NCBI GenBank assembly: GCA_051362555.1
Contig: CM120640.1
Location: 64,954,788-65,018,787 of the forward strand
Length of the DNA: 64,000 bases
Direction of reading: 5' to 3'
Source: Lingula anatina
Lineage: Eukaryota; Animalia; Brachiopoda
Under the pieces are notes generated by a model. It saw only the letters and a program-made list of their open reading frames with translations. It had not been told where the DNA came from and did no database searches. Both the position numbers and the translations under genes were made by a program. Positions 26,201 through 38,846 of this stretch are shown one piece after another. The first letter of the stretch is position 1, and every line of letters starts with the position of its first letter.

Positions 26201-28342
26201 CCGCGGTGTTCACCAAAGACCTCGACAAAGCATTGAAGTTTTCCAGCAGCGTTCAGGCGGGCGTTGTGTGGTGAGATTCTTTATTACCGTACAGAATACG
26301 CATTTCATATAATATCATTTTTATAAAGTGATCATGAAACTGAAAAATAATTCTCACCTTTTTTACATCTGAAAGAAACTTTGTTGAAGAAAATTTTAAA
26401 AACTATTTTCATAGACCCATAATGGCATAAAAGATGTGTATAGGGTATAAAACTAAAGTTTAGTAATTGAACTTTTTACAGCAATGTCTATACGTAGTCC
26501 ATTCTTAAAAATTAAACAACGTGTACATGTGGGTAGTTGGACCCCTTGGCTCGTTGGAGCCTGCTTGATTCACAGATAGGGGAAAGCAGGGCTATTTTTT
26601 ACCTTGGTAACTTATCTTAAAGTCTACATTTGGTGTCTGTTTTCGTGAGTTGAGTGCAATTTTACAGTTACTCATTATATTTATTTTATGCAGGATGTAT
26701 GACTTTGACTGTGACAATTTTTTATTTTGAATAGGTCTTGCGAATAAAATTATATTTTTATTTTGGATTTTATTATGTGTGCGGACTTGTTCCCTGGACG
26801 GGGCAAATTTGCACACTTGGATTAGACATTTCTGAAATGCATTTACTCTGAAAATAATTACAGCACGATTCTTATACTTATACCTCAAATAGGGTATATA
26901 AATGAACTTCCTTGTGAAAAAAATCTGGAAACCTGAAGGTGATAGTTTACCTTCCATCTCAATTTTTATGAAAAGGGTGCGCACTAGCCCCGCCTGGGCC
27001 CTTGTTTTGTTTTAACACAAATTCAAAATATTTAAGGAAACGTATAGAAACATCAATATATCTGTCTCATATGGACTACAAATGAGTCTCAAAGGCTAAG
27101 TAATATAATGTAAATACATTCCATGGAGTTCACATGTATTGCTAACTGTAAAAGTAAAGAGTTCAAACTTGCCCCTACCCTACCACTTGGCATGGGCTGT
27201 ATTTTTTATTTTATTTATTTATTTATGGCGCTACATTTGTAGCTAAGTCACTGGTTCTTGTTTTAAATTGGGTTTTACTGCTCTGTCTTATTCTCAATTG
27301 ACTCTACAAGGTCAAAAGTGTCTAATTGGGCCAACTAGTGTCATAGTTTGATAGAGTAAAAAGAATATGTCTCTAGTTTCATAAAAAACAATTGTATACT
27401 GTTAGCATAAGAGACCGAAAGCCTGTCTTTATTTGTTATAATTTACTGTACTCCTCAGGGTGAACACCTACGGCGGTGGACTGCAGTCTCCCTTTGGTGG
27501 ATTCAAGATGTCTGGTATTGGCAGGGAAATGTAAGAAAAATAATGAAAATAAATCTGGATACCATTACTGTGATCTTAAGAACACCACAGGGAGCGTTAG
27601 AACTTGTATAGCAAAAATAATTTTCAAATTTCAACGCTTTTCTAAGGTGTATACCATAACGAAAACCGTCTAAACAGACCCAATCTACAATCTTGTTTTT
27701 GAGTTCTAATTTTTAGTTTTTGAGTCACTCTTATAATGGAAATACATAATGGTGAGTTTTGCTCTTGACGGTGAAAATGAGAATTTAAGAAAAAAAACAC
27801 ACAATTTCCCAACAGTTTTGATGAAGGGTCACACACATAGGCTACCTTGGTGATCAAAGGGAAATCGTGGAATTTTCAGGATTTTTTTTCTTTTTTGAAA
27901 AGTCCATCTTCCTATTTTTATATAAGTGTTGAAGCCATGGATTTGGATTATATATTGTTCTCCATCATGATTTGTAAATTTCCAAGAATTGTGTTAAGAA
28001 CGTGAAGGATATTTGATACTTTGAAAACTCAGGATTTGTCTTATCTAATATAAACTGCTTTATTTTAACTACCATGGCAGTCACGGTAGAACCACGCACA
28101 CACTGAGTCTTAACTCTTTTATTTTCAGGGGTTCCTATGGTTTGAAAGAGTATACGGAAGTTAAGACGGTGAGTAGACTTTTTAAGATGTGTTTAAAAAC
28201 CTACTATATAATGAAGACGCTGTATTGGAATACATTTATTATGTGTAAACTCATAAAGTTATAAAAAAGTTCTGTGACGAACGCTTATCAGTGGTTTGCC
28301 GTTTTGTAGGTGCTCATTCGCTGTCCCGAGAAGAACAGTTAA
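20207..28342 (+). CDS. ALDH1A: Aldehyde dehydrogenase 1A-like, paralog B, 493 aa, 14 exons
   Basis: Exons 20207-20254, 22091-22195, 22449-22589, 22927-23053, 23369-23430, 23566-23694, 23923-24036, 24805-24907, 25317-25501, 25744-25908, 26113-26270, 27459-27530, 28129-28168, 28310-28342 (1482 nt, open frame). LELGGKSP and GQVCVAGSR are intact; exon 12 is one codon shorter than in A and C. Confidence 0.95.
21421..21634. mobile_element. Small MITE in ALDH-B intron 1
   Basis: CATTCCCATAGATTTTAGATCGATC (21426-21450) pairs imperfectly with GATCGATCTAATCTCTGGGAATG (21607-21629). Confidence 0.6.
24161..24486. mobile_element. Decayed TTAA-type MITE, same family as 49453-49788, opposite orientation
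   Basis: Shares the blocks AGGGATAA..ACTCTTCGTATGAG, GACCACGTGAC and ACCATTGGTAAGTATGGGAAA with the reverse complement of the 49.5-kb element. Confidence 0.75.
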
Positions 28343-29843
28343 GGGTTCCAGACTCCAAGAAGACAGATGATGACAAACTAACAATTAAAATGACTCTTAT
28401 ATGAATTTAACTTCCATAAGCGAGTAATCACGTCATTGATGCTCTGTTAATTCTCGCACTTGTTGAAGATAAATGTTTTCAATGCAGCCAGAACTGATGG
28501 AAGTGGTGGTGATAACATTTTAAAAACATTTTATCACGTCGAATCCCATATTTTAGATAGAGAATATGTGTGCCATCTCACCGGTACCGTACTGTAGTGG
28601 GTGCTGGAGGTTGGATAATTGCCTCAGCCATACTTGCAAGTCTTACAGTGTAGGTGCAGGAAGAATTTCCCACGTCTTTAAGTCGAAATATGTTTCACTA
28701 AATCATTGAAATAATTACGTCGCCGATGAGACTCAGGTCAACTGATATGTGTTGTTTTCGTGCATATGTAGCCACCTTCCATACGTGCCTCGTCTCTTTT
28801 TTTCTTTGTATGCTTAACTTCTGTCCCATGCAACCCTAACTAAAATTTTGCTTCCTTACAGACATACCCACGGGTTATGAAATATAGCTCTTGTAAAATG
28901 CGACAGCTTGTTGGAGTTGAATGTTGTTACTATTTGTATATAGCATAGGGCTACTTGCATGTACGAAATGTGCCTTTCTCAATATTTGGACCTGGATATA
29001 TTTGATAAGACACTGTTAAAAACTGGAAACAAAAAGGTTGGGTGGAATAAAAGCATGTACCGGTACATAGAACAGGTAAATTCTGTGATGCGCAGGCATG
29101 AACCTGTTTCTATAAACCAGTGCTGCAAAGCAAAATGCCGTTTCAATCCCTTTACTCATTTTTCACAAGTTTATATATTACGCTAATATGTCACCCTGCA
29201 AATAAAGATGGGCCTACCAGAATTCTCCAATCACCTCATCAAAATAAATTCATATGATTGCTTTTAACTTAAAAGTTAAATTAAGTTAAATTTTAAACCG
29301 TATAGTACGTTGCTAGCTGATGTCATACCTTTTCATCATTTTACATATTAAATAAACAGGGAATGTGAGTTTCAATCTTTTGTTTGCCCGATAACATACC
29401 GGTAGGCCCTTCCTCTCGTGACCTGCAGCGGTCGACATGCATTAGGCCTAAATCATATAAAATGAATATATAGGCCCCCTATACCAGCTGGCCTAGCTAG
29501 TATTGGATCAAAGGGTAGGCTACCAGAATCTGTATGCCCCTATCCATACAGTGCAGCATATGAAAGCAGTTCATTGTTATTTAGAATAGAAATATAGTTG
29601 CTTGTGATCTTTGCAGCCGTATTAAAAGCTATGTCGAAAAATAGGCCTACTAAAGAAAACATTCCCCGACACAACCGCGCCCCCTTTCGACAGCTTTCAT
29701 TCTATTTACATTGTGCACTGAGTGGCGCGTGCGCTCTTGCAAGTTGCAGGCTTCGGTTGCGAGTTGGGCTTCCTAAGATTATCGTCTGGCTACATTATCC
29801 TTTGTCCAGAGATTTTGATATCAAGGTTGCAGCACACAACAAG

Positions 29844-32800
29844 ATGTCTACCCCAGAACCTATCCCTAACCCGGATGTGAAATATACACAGGTAAATACA
29901 TAGCACTGCAGCTCTCCTATTTTGTTTAGGCAATGGTCTATATGGATCATATTGCATTCAGGAAATGCAGGTAACTAAATGTCTTTATCACGTCTGGCAC
30001 CTACATGCAGAGTATTGATGACATTATTTCAATATCAGTGGCTGCCACTTATGAAATTAAACGAAAGGCATGTGTGCACTACACATGAATGGCTCTAGTC
30101 ACGAAAGGTCAAGGGCAGTACGGTCCAGTCGGCAGTCGGTGTTGAAGATCCCGTCCATCGCTGTTCATAGACTATCAGAAACGCCAGTGACAGCTAGTGC
30201 ATAGGCCCACTGGTACAACTTACAGCTAGAACACGATACAAGCAAAAGCCATTTAGGTTTAGATTAAGCACGTCATGTAACCCCCCCTCCCCCAACCCCG
30301 GTAGGTCATCCGTGACCGAGAATGTAGTATAGGCCTACAGTCTTGCATTATTACAATGGCTAATACTTGAGGGCCGAATTAAATAGTAATAGATCAATCT
30401 GGATATTGCGGTTTGATTTGCTTAGCTGCCTGTTACATAGCAGGGTGCATTTTGTATTTTCAGATCATCTGTGCAGGTCATAAAATTTTTTATCAGGGAG
30501 AGGATTAATTAACAGGTATACCTGAGCGATTACACATTTTTCTGTGCTCACGTGTTAGGCTGTGTTCAGAATAGAATTTATCATTCTAGCAGGATCGATC
30601 TATCTCAGCGGGGATTCTCGCTAGGGCGCAGTCAATGTAATCAGCTTACATCATGGACGATCAAGTTTTGCCGACTTTATCCAAGTGATGAGGGGGCTGA
30701 TTACATTGATTGTGCCTGCCCGCACACGGTGAGCATTTGGCGCGCGCCACTTGCGCTGCGCCGTTTCCTCATCGTGTGCGGGGGTATTTTGGTGAGATTT
30801 TTGCCTCACGCGCGGCTGAGCAAAATTTCTCACGTGTTTGATTTTTTTGGTCTCTTGAGGCAAATGTCTCAGCGTGTGCGGGGTGCAAGCGCCGATTGCT
30901 CACGCCATGCTAACAATGCGCATGTGCCAGTAGCCGGAAACAAACAAAAATGCCAGCCCCCAGCGAAGTCAACAAAAATGTACACAGTTATAGTTAGTCT
31001 GATTGATTAACGTGGTCACCATTATCCATTACTATCAGAAAAAACAACAATATGTAATGTTTCCTTAAACACATGATCCCACAGTTCACAGTGCGTCCGC
31101 TAGGGGCAGGCCGGGAGGCACCTCTGCTGAGCAAAGAGCGCAGCGTTTGCGGGGAGCTGAGGAGCCCGAGCATCTTGCTCAGCGCAAGTGGCGCGCGCCA
31201 ATAACGGGTACCGGAGAAGATCAGCATTGGTCAGAATTGTGCCGGAAGTGACGTGCAGTGGTGTTAGAAGCGAAGCTGAGTGGTCATTTTAACATAGAGG
31301 TGAACGGCAGTGAAGACGGGTTGTCGGAGGAAAAAGAAGTTTTCTAAACAACATGGTAAGATAACTCTCCTTTTTTACGCATTTTGGGCAGAGAATACTT
31401 GTAGAAATAATAGACGCATGATATGAAAACGTGACACGGAACTTGAAGGTGCAAAATCGTGCTTAATTTGCGGTCAACTCGTTTAGAAATAAATGCTGCG
31501 TCGACCGCCAGCGCGACAAAAAGCGTAAAGGGGAAATAATTCCCGGGAGTCTTTAAATCGTTGTCATGTGGAAATTTGGCATTAATATAATCCGATATGT
31601 CCATATCTAAGTATTTTTGGGTGTTTTATGGTATGGGCTGCAATTACAACGATGTTTTAGAGGTCTTGAAGGACCTTGTGAAAACCAGGAAGTAGTTCGT
31701 AACTAACAAGTGGAATGTACCGATCTCCGACTGCTGTGCACAGCTGTATCTTTTTTTTTCAATATATTGACGAATTTTTAGATCTTTATATGTCCATCTT
31801 GCATGAAATTCCACACACATGATCACACTGATACACCTTTTACACTGGGGAAGGCGCTAATCAGTGACAAATGCCAAGACAAAGATGACATTCTGACAGC
31901 CTCTTATCTGAGTTAAAAATCACTGACAAAAGAGACTGGCAATCACTTTCCTCAGGCTGGCAATCATTAGCCTATAGAAATTGGTCATGTTACATCTTAT
32001 CTACCTGTGAGAATCGTTTTACCAACTGAGTATTGCATAATAATGTCAATTATTAGTACTTTGAGCTAGTCTTAATTACCTGTCAGCTCACCTGAATTCT
32101 CTTTCCGTCTTTTTGGGAAGATCTTGTCAGTGAAATGTTTTATTTGTCCTGTGAATGCATTGCACTTTATTGTATATTTGTACCGATGAGCGCCTTCCCC
32201 AGTGTAAAAGGTGTATCAGTGTGATCATGTGTGTGGAATTTCATGCAAGATGGACATATAAAGATCTAAAAATTCGTCAATATATTGAAAAAAAAGATAC
32301 AGCTGTGCACAGCAGTCGGAGATCGGTACATTCCACTTGTTAGTTACGAACTACTTCCTGGTTTTCACAAGGTCCTTCAAGACCTCTAAAACATCGTTGT
32401 AATTGCAGCCCATACCATAAAACACCCAAAAATACTTAGATATGGACATATCGGATTATATTAATGCCAAATTTCCACATGACAACGATTTATAGACTCC
32501 CGGGAATTATTTCCCCTTTACGCTTTTTGTCGCGCTGGCGGTCGACGCAGCATTTATTTCTAAACAAGTTGACCGCAAATTAAGCACGATTTTGCACCTT
32601 TAAGTTCCGTGTCACGTTTTCATATCATGCGTCTATTATTTCTACAAGCATTCTCTGCCCAAAATGCGTAAAAAAGGAGAGTTATCTTACCATGTTGTTT
32701 AGAAAACTTCTTTTTCCTCCGACAACCCGTCTTCACTGCCGTTCACCTCTATGTTAAAATGACCACTCAGCTTCGCTTCTAACACCACTGCACGTCACTT

Positions 32801-34159
32801 CCGGCACAATTCTGACCAATGCTGATCTTCTCCGGTACCCGTTATTGCTTACCGTGTGCGGGGTGCTTAGGGAGAATACCCGCTGAGAAAGATCGGTACG
32901 ATAACTTCTTTTATTAACACAGCCTTAGGCCTAAAGTGCGTTAATTACATTTTATCACGTCACAGTGAGCACAGACATTAATGTTTGCAAATGGTTACGA
33001 GACTGCTAATAGGTCCCTCAGTGTGTATTATATTAACTGTATTATTGGTGAAAAACTCTCAATCCAGAGATTTTTTAAAACGTGTTATTTCCAATTAACT
33101 TTTGCGTGACTATTGTCATAGTTTGATAACTTGGTAATTTGGATCCAGGAGAATTGTAATTCATTTGTGAAAGAGAGGGGAGAGGGTCCTCTTGGTCGAT
33201 AGGCCCCTTCACTTATCCGATCATATTCAGCACCCATTGGGCGATGGGACCTGGTAACATCGTGTTAATATTTGTTGAGGTTCCCAGGTGATGCGTCGTA
33301 GACCTAACTGTCAGGGAGACCTGAGCAAGTGAGCAAGTGACTGCATAATAAACCTCCGGTAATGCACAAGTCCATTATTAAAACTAGCACGTGTGTGCTT
33401 TGTCCTTTTTTGAAAGAGACCATGATACGATTGCAATATACATGTTCAGCCTGCATCAAAAGGAAAGCTTATTTGTGTACTATGCCTCATGCATTGCAAA
33501 TCAAAGTAATATAAACGCATCCAATATGAAGGGGTTAGAGGCTTGCATTAAGCGGAGGCTCCTGGAACGTGAGCATATTAAATTTAATGCTGTAAAATAC
33601 TTTTAAAATAGTGAAAGTAGAATTATTTTTGTTTATTTCGTAAATATGCAGTCACAGTGCGAAATAGACCGCATTCAGAACAGATGATCCGCGAACTAAC
33701 TGATCCGCCGACTAAATAAGGCCGACCCCACCTCACTATAAGTGATGCTGCTAATTCCCTAGTGGTCGCTCCGCCTCCACACGCGCCAAGCAGGGGCCAA
33801 GCAAATAAGCCTCGATATCGAGATTTGATTCGTTTAATGACGCGCGTGGAGGCAGGGAAAACATCAGTGATTAGTGGCTTTTGAAGTGGGGTCGGCCATA
33901 TTTAGTCGGTGGATCAGTTAGTCCTCGGATCATCTGTTCCAAATGCACTCATACTTATTATCCAAGCATTAGAAACAGCTTGGTCATGTTTATCACCTGC
34001 AACACGGCATTTTTTATTTATCAATCTATGTATTTATCTACTTTCAGATATTCATCAATAATGAATGGGTAAATTCTGTCAGTGGGAAGACTTTCCCCAC
34101 TATCAACCCGTATACAGGGGAGAAGATATGTGATGTCCAGGAGGGAGACAAGGTAAAAC

Positions 34160-34212
<53 letters not shown>

Positions 34213-37200
34213 TCCTAGATAATTTTTTTCCATTTTGTATTAAAGACTTGTTCATTTGATTTTTGATTTTTTATACCTAAGGCTGATATTGATGTAGCAG
34301 TGAAAGCGGCCCGAGAAGCTTTTGCACTTGGTTCTCCGTGGAGACGCATGGATGCTTCAAAGAGAGGGTTACTTCTCAACAAATTTGCTGACTTGATGAT
34401 GAGGGACAGGGTCTACCTAGCAGTGAGTTATTTCAGTGAATTTTCAATATTTGAAAAAGCACCTGTATGAAAAGTTACACTACTGGTTATGTGCATTCTT
34501 TTCAAAACACGTGCAGTACTGACCTCGTGACTTGTTCATGGGTTTGATCTATATGTGGTTAAACAGTGGGAGTTTAATAGTTGGCAAATTGCAATCCATT
34601 CATGAAATTATTCAAGATGCTTACTCATGGCACTGTGTTCTTAAGAAAGGCAAGAAGACCGATTGCGTCTAGATGATCATCTTTTTTTTTCAACAATGAA
34701 TAAGTGAATGATAAATTTCAAAAAATAAATAGATATAAAACATTTTGTTTTGCGGTTATAATACGTAGGCCTGGCAAGCGGTATTTTGAGCTGAACATTT
34801 TATATCAAGTTCTGTTGTAATTTAGATCAAATTGCGTTATATTTATCTGTGCACATCATGAGCTTTCCTTAAGTTAGGCTCTGAGAATAAGTGCGTCTTG
34901 AAAGGTTTTTAGGATCTTGGAAAGTTTTTTAAGATACGATTACAACTGGCCACTGCACTGAAGATTAATACCATAATTTGTATTCCACAGAGTTTAGAGA
35001 CTTTGGACAACGGTAAACCCTATATTAACGCATACGGCGAGGTTGAGTTTGCCGCTAAAACAATTCGCTACTTTGCGGGGTGGGCAGACAAAAATGTCGG
35101 CCAGACCATACCAGTAGGTGAGTAAGCATTAATACAGGTAGTAGGAAATGAACCGACGTCTTGCAAATGTTGATGGTGATTGTATGTTGTAGGTTGCTTA
35201 AATATTTTATAGCTTGTTTAAATCGTTTATAAAAGTTAGGTTATCTGTTCGTTGATAGCAAGTTTTAGTCCGATGGGTAAAACTTCGAGAACAATTGACA
35301 CAACTTTATAACAATCGTGGCAATTTAATAGGTTGCTGTTCAGGGGATTCTTTCATAGCATTTTGTATTTTAATAATGATTTTTCTTTTTTTTTTTCGGC
35401 CATACTACTTTACTAACTGACCATATTTAATGGTACATATTTCTAGACGGCGATCTGTTTGCTTACACTCGTCATGAGCCTGTTGGGGTGTGCGGACAAA
35501 TTATTCCTGTAAGTTCGTAATCTTATATATAGTTAAAATTCCATACCAATAACAAAATTCGTAATTTTTTATTAAGAATAACAGTTTTTTTTTTAAATAT
35601 TAAATAGATTTTAAAAAACATACAAAACTATTTCAACAAAAGCGATTAGTGACTGTTATGTAATCTGTGATGTAGTAAGATTGATGCACCGTATATTCTC
35701 AGTGGAATTACCCCATCCCCATGGCGGCTTGGAAGCTGGGTCCTGCTCTGGCTTGCGGAAACACAGTGGTCATGAAGCCGGCAGAACAGACGCCACTGAC
35801 CGCGCTCTACTTGTGTGCCTTGTTGAAAGAAGTAAGGGCTTTAATTTTTTTTTTTTTCATTATTCCTTTATCCATGACTTACTACTATTTACAGAACTCA
35901 CCTTCTTGGGTTATAAAATACACTGAAATCGACTTCCCTACTCTCTGAAAGTTATGAAGTGCTGCATTCCCTTTGAAAATACGTTAAATATCGGTTTATC
36001 ACTACGTATTTCTATCGCGGTGGAATAGATGTGCGTCAGTCAGCCCGATTAAAATATTCGGTCAAAAACTCAAAAGTTTTGAATGTGATTTTTTAATCCA
36101 AGGTTGGTTTCCCCCCTGGCGTCGTGAACATGGTCCCTGGATACGGTCCAACTGCAGGAGCTGCCATATCGGAGCACATGGACGTGGACAAGGTGGCCTT
36201 CACCGGGTCAACAGAGGTAAGGGGATGTTGAAAGATTTTTAAAGATGTATACTAATTTATACCACTCCCTCCCAGAGGCGCTTCTAGCTGGAACAGAGTA
36301 CTAAAGACAAAGCAGTGTACCTAGGCTTACTTGTATAAATGTACTGGTGAAGCAGACATATTTTGTGAAATTGAACATTATCAAGTCTAACTTAAGGCTC
36401 TGACTATAAATTTAAATCAGGGGATGGTGAAGCCGTAAATGTTTTATCTAGGTAGGGCACCTGATCATGGAGGCTGCCGGGAGGACCAACCTGAAGGGTG
36501 TCACTCTGGAGCTCGGCGGAAAGAGTCCAAATGTGGTGTTCGCTGACGCCGACTGTGAGTTTACCATATTAATGTTTCTTTTCTCTTATAACTCCAAGCT
36601 ATTTCTCAGCTGTTGCCAAGTTTATGAAGAAGAAAAATCGACTAAACCTCACCGTAAGATATATATTTGTGTCAGGTGTTTTTATATTTTTTCCAGTAAA
36701 TTTTTTATGGCAGTAGGCCTATAGTTATCTATACCAGTATAGTTTATTTATACCAGTATACAGTATACCTGTATTATATTTTTGTTTATCTAAATCATGT
36801 AAGCTAAATTTAAATGTTTCTCTCACAGTGGATCTTGCCATTGAGAAGAGCCACAAGGCTGTGTTTGATAACATGGGCCAGTGTTGTATCGCTGGTTCAA
36901 GGACGTTCGTGCAGGAGGAAATTTACGACGAGTTTGTGAAGAGGGCAAAGGAGAGAGCCATTAGGAGAGTGGTCGGAAACCCTCTGGACTACAAGACCGA
37001 GTCTGGGCCACAGGTTTGTTTGAATTTATTGTGAGATGAAAATTGTTGTTTTTGATTAGTACTTCCACAAAGCTAATGATGATTTGTGTTAATGTTTAGA
37101 CTGTTATACTGTCTTATGTTATAGGTATTTGGATCGGTAATTGTATACCTTTGGGACGTTCAAAGGGGTTGACCAGTTTGGATCTTTCGTTTGATACGCA

Positions 37201-38846
37201 TATGTACATGTGCATCATTGTAATACAATAGTAATTGCACACTTACATGTAGGTAAGGGGAAAACCTAGCTGCATATCTGTGTCATGCCTAGTTTTTGTC
37301 TTTTTCAAGACAGACAGACATTTTTTGTGTTTTAGATTGATGAGGAGCAGTTCAACAAGATCATGGACCTGATCAGAAGTGGCGTTTCACAGGGCGCCAA
37401 GCTGCAGTGTGGAGGGAACCGTATTGGGGACAAGGGTCTGTTCGTGGAATCTACAGTGTTTTCTGATGTCACAGACGACATGAGAATTGCTAAAGAAGAG
37501 GTAATATCTAACCTTGGTCGAAAGAAGTATCAAACTAAAATTTTTTATGCAAGAGTTGATCGTCACTAGTTTTTCTTGGTTGCCCCCCCCCCCTTTAAAA
37601 ACCAATAATGAAACCTGGTTGAAAATGCACCCGTTTTCGTCAATAAATGTATGCATGTTGCTATGAAAATTTAGTGAATTACTTGGAAATGGAAACGCGT
37701 AAAGTCAAACTAGAGACATATTTTCTATTTAGATATTTGGTCCCGTTCAACAAATAATGAAGTTCAAGACTATGGAAGAAGTAATCGAGAGGGCCAATAA
37801 TACAACATATGGGCTTGGAGCCGCCGTGTTCACCCAGGATATTAACAAGGCAATTAAATTCTCCAACAGCGTCAAGGCGGGCACCGTTTGGTAAGAAATT
37901 GGCGTCATGGTTATTGTCTTATGGACACTAATTGCTTTTTTGTTGTTAGATGACCTTTTATGTGGTGGTCATCAGATTTTTTTTGCAGAAATATCAAGTC
38001 AAAACAATTCTCTTGATGTGTGTTTTTATAATATACTTGTACTATCTAATGTACCGGAAGTTTCACTAAATATGCCCCTTATACTAGCGTTAAAATACTT
38101 AACTGAAAAATTAAATGGTATTTCAGTAGTCTGACTGAAGAGCATTATGAAACAAAACATTAAGAAAGACATTTCTATCTTCCCCAGGGTTAACACCTAC
38201 AATGAAACGACTGTAGCGGCACCTTTTGGTGGGTACAAGATGTCAGGGCTTGGAAGGGAGTTGTAAGTTTCAATGTTTGTGATTATTAATAAAGTATTCT
38301 TTTTCGTAGTTATTTAATTTCACTAAGTTATTTAAAAATTAAAAAGGATGGTTAATTAACGGCAGCCATTTACACTGATGTTTTTTTTTTCAATTTACAG
38401 GGGATCTTACGGCTTACGCCAGTACACCGAGATAAAGACGGTTAGTACTTTTAGTGTTCTCTATTTATAATTCTATCGTTGCATGATTGAACAGATTAGT
38501 ATAAGATAACTGAAAAATATGATTCCAACAGCAACCGAGTTAAGTATGGGTGTCGATATTAAGCATGACTTTTAATAAGACATTTAGCATCGCTTTGGCG
38601 ATGTGACAGAAATGGTAATCATATGAATGGAAACCGTAGTACCATACTTGAATGATATGTGTACAGGTTAGGATTAACGGGAAGTATCGAAATCAGTATA
38701 CGGACCGGTGGTCATAAGTATAGAGCATGGGGAGCGGACTACGGTTCTTACCGAAATACAATTCCTGTCACACCGCATTCTGAATCAACTAACTATTCAT
38801 TTTTTTCTTCAAGGTGCTTATTCGTAACACAGACAAGAACAGTTAA
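29844..38846 (+). CDS. ALDH1A: Aldehyde dehydrogenase 1A-like, paralog C, 494 aa, 14 exons
   Basis: Exons 29844-29891, 34048-34152, 34282-34422, 34991-35117, 35447-35508, 35703-35831, 36103-36216, 36452-36554, 36829-37013, 37336-37500, 37733-37890, 38188-38262, 38401-38440, 38814-38846 (1485 nt, open frame). Motifs [21 protein letters not shown]. Confidence 0.95.
30558..32924. mobile_element. Non-autonomous PIF/Harbinger-like foldback transposon in ALDH-C intron 1
   Basis: TTA|GGCTGTGTT ... AACACAGCC|TTA: a 3-bp TTA target-site duplication (30555-57, 32925-27) and imperfect terminal inverted repeats of about 70 bp. No transposase ORF. Repeated GTGTGCGGGG motifs. Confidence 0.8.
31199..32847. 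repeat. About 660-bp near-perfect inverted repeat
   Basis: 31199-31858 is the reverse complement of 32189-32847 (four substitutions and one homopolymer indel seen) with a 330-bp spacer. Confidence 0.95.
33671..33946. mobile_element. MITE with about 60-bp TIRs, 100 bp upstream of ALDH-C exon 2
   Basis: GCATTCAGAACAGATGATCCGCGAACTAACTGATCCGCCGACTAAATAAGGCCGACCCCAC pairs with GTGGGGTCGGCCATATTTAGTCGGTGGATCAGTTAGTCCTCGGATCATCTGTTCCAAATGC. Confidence 0.8.
34163..34214. repeat. (CT)n microsatellite in ALDH-C intron 2
   Basis: Direct reading. Confidence 0.9.

Noticed and set aside
31644-32343. Mirror ORFs [19 protein letters not shown]...
   Set aside because: Arise from the 660-bp inverted repeat; frames differ after a homopolymer indel; no transposase motifs.
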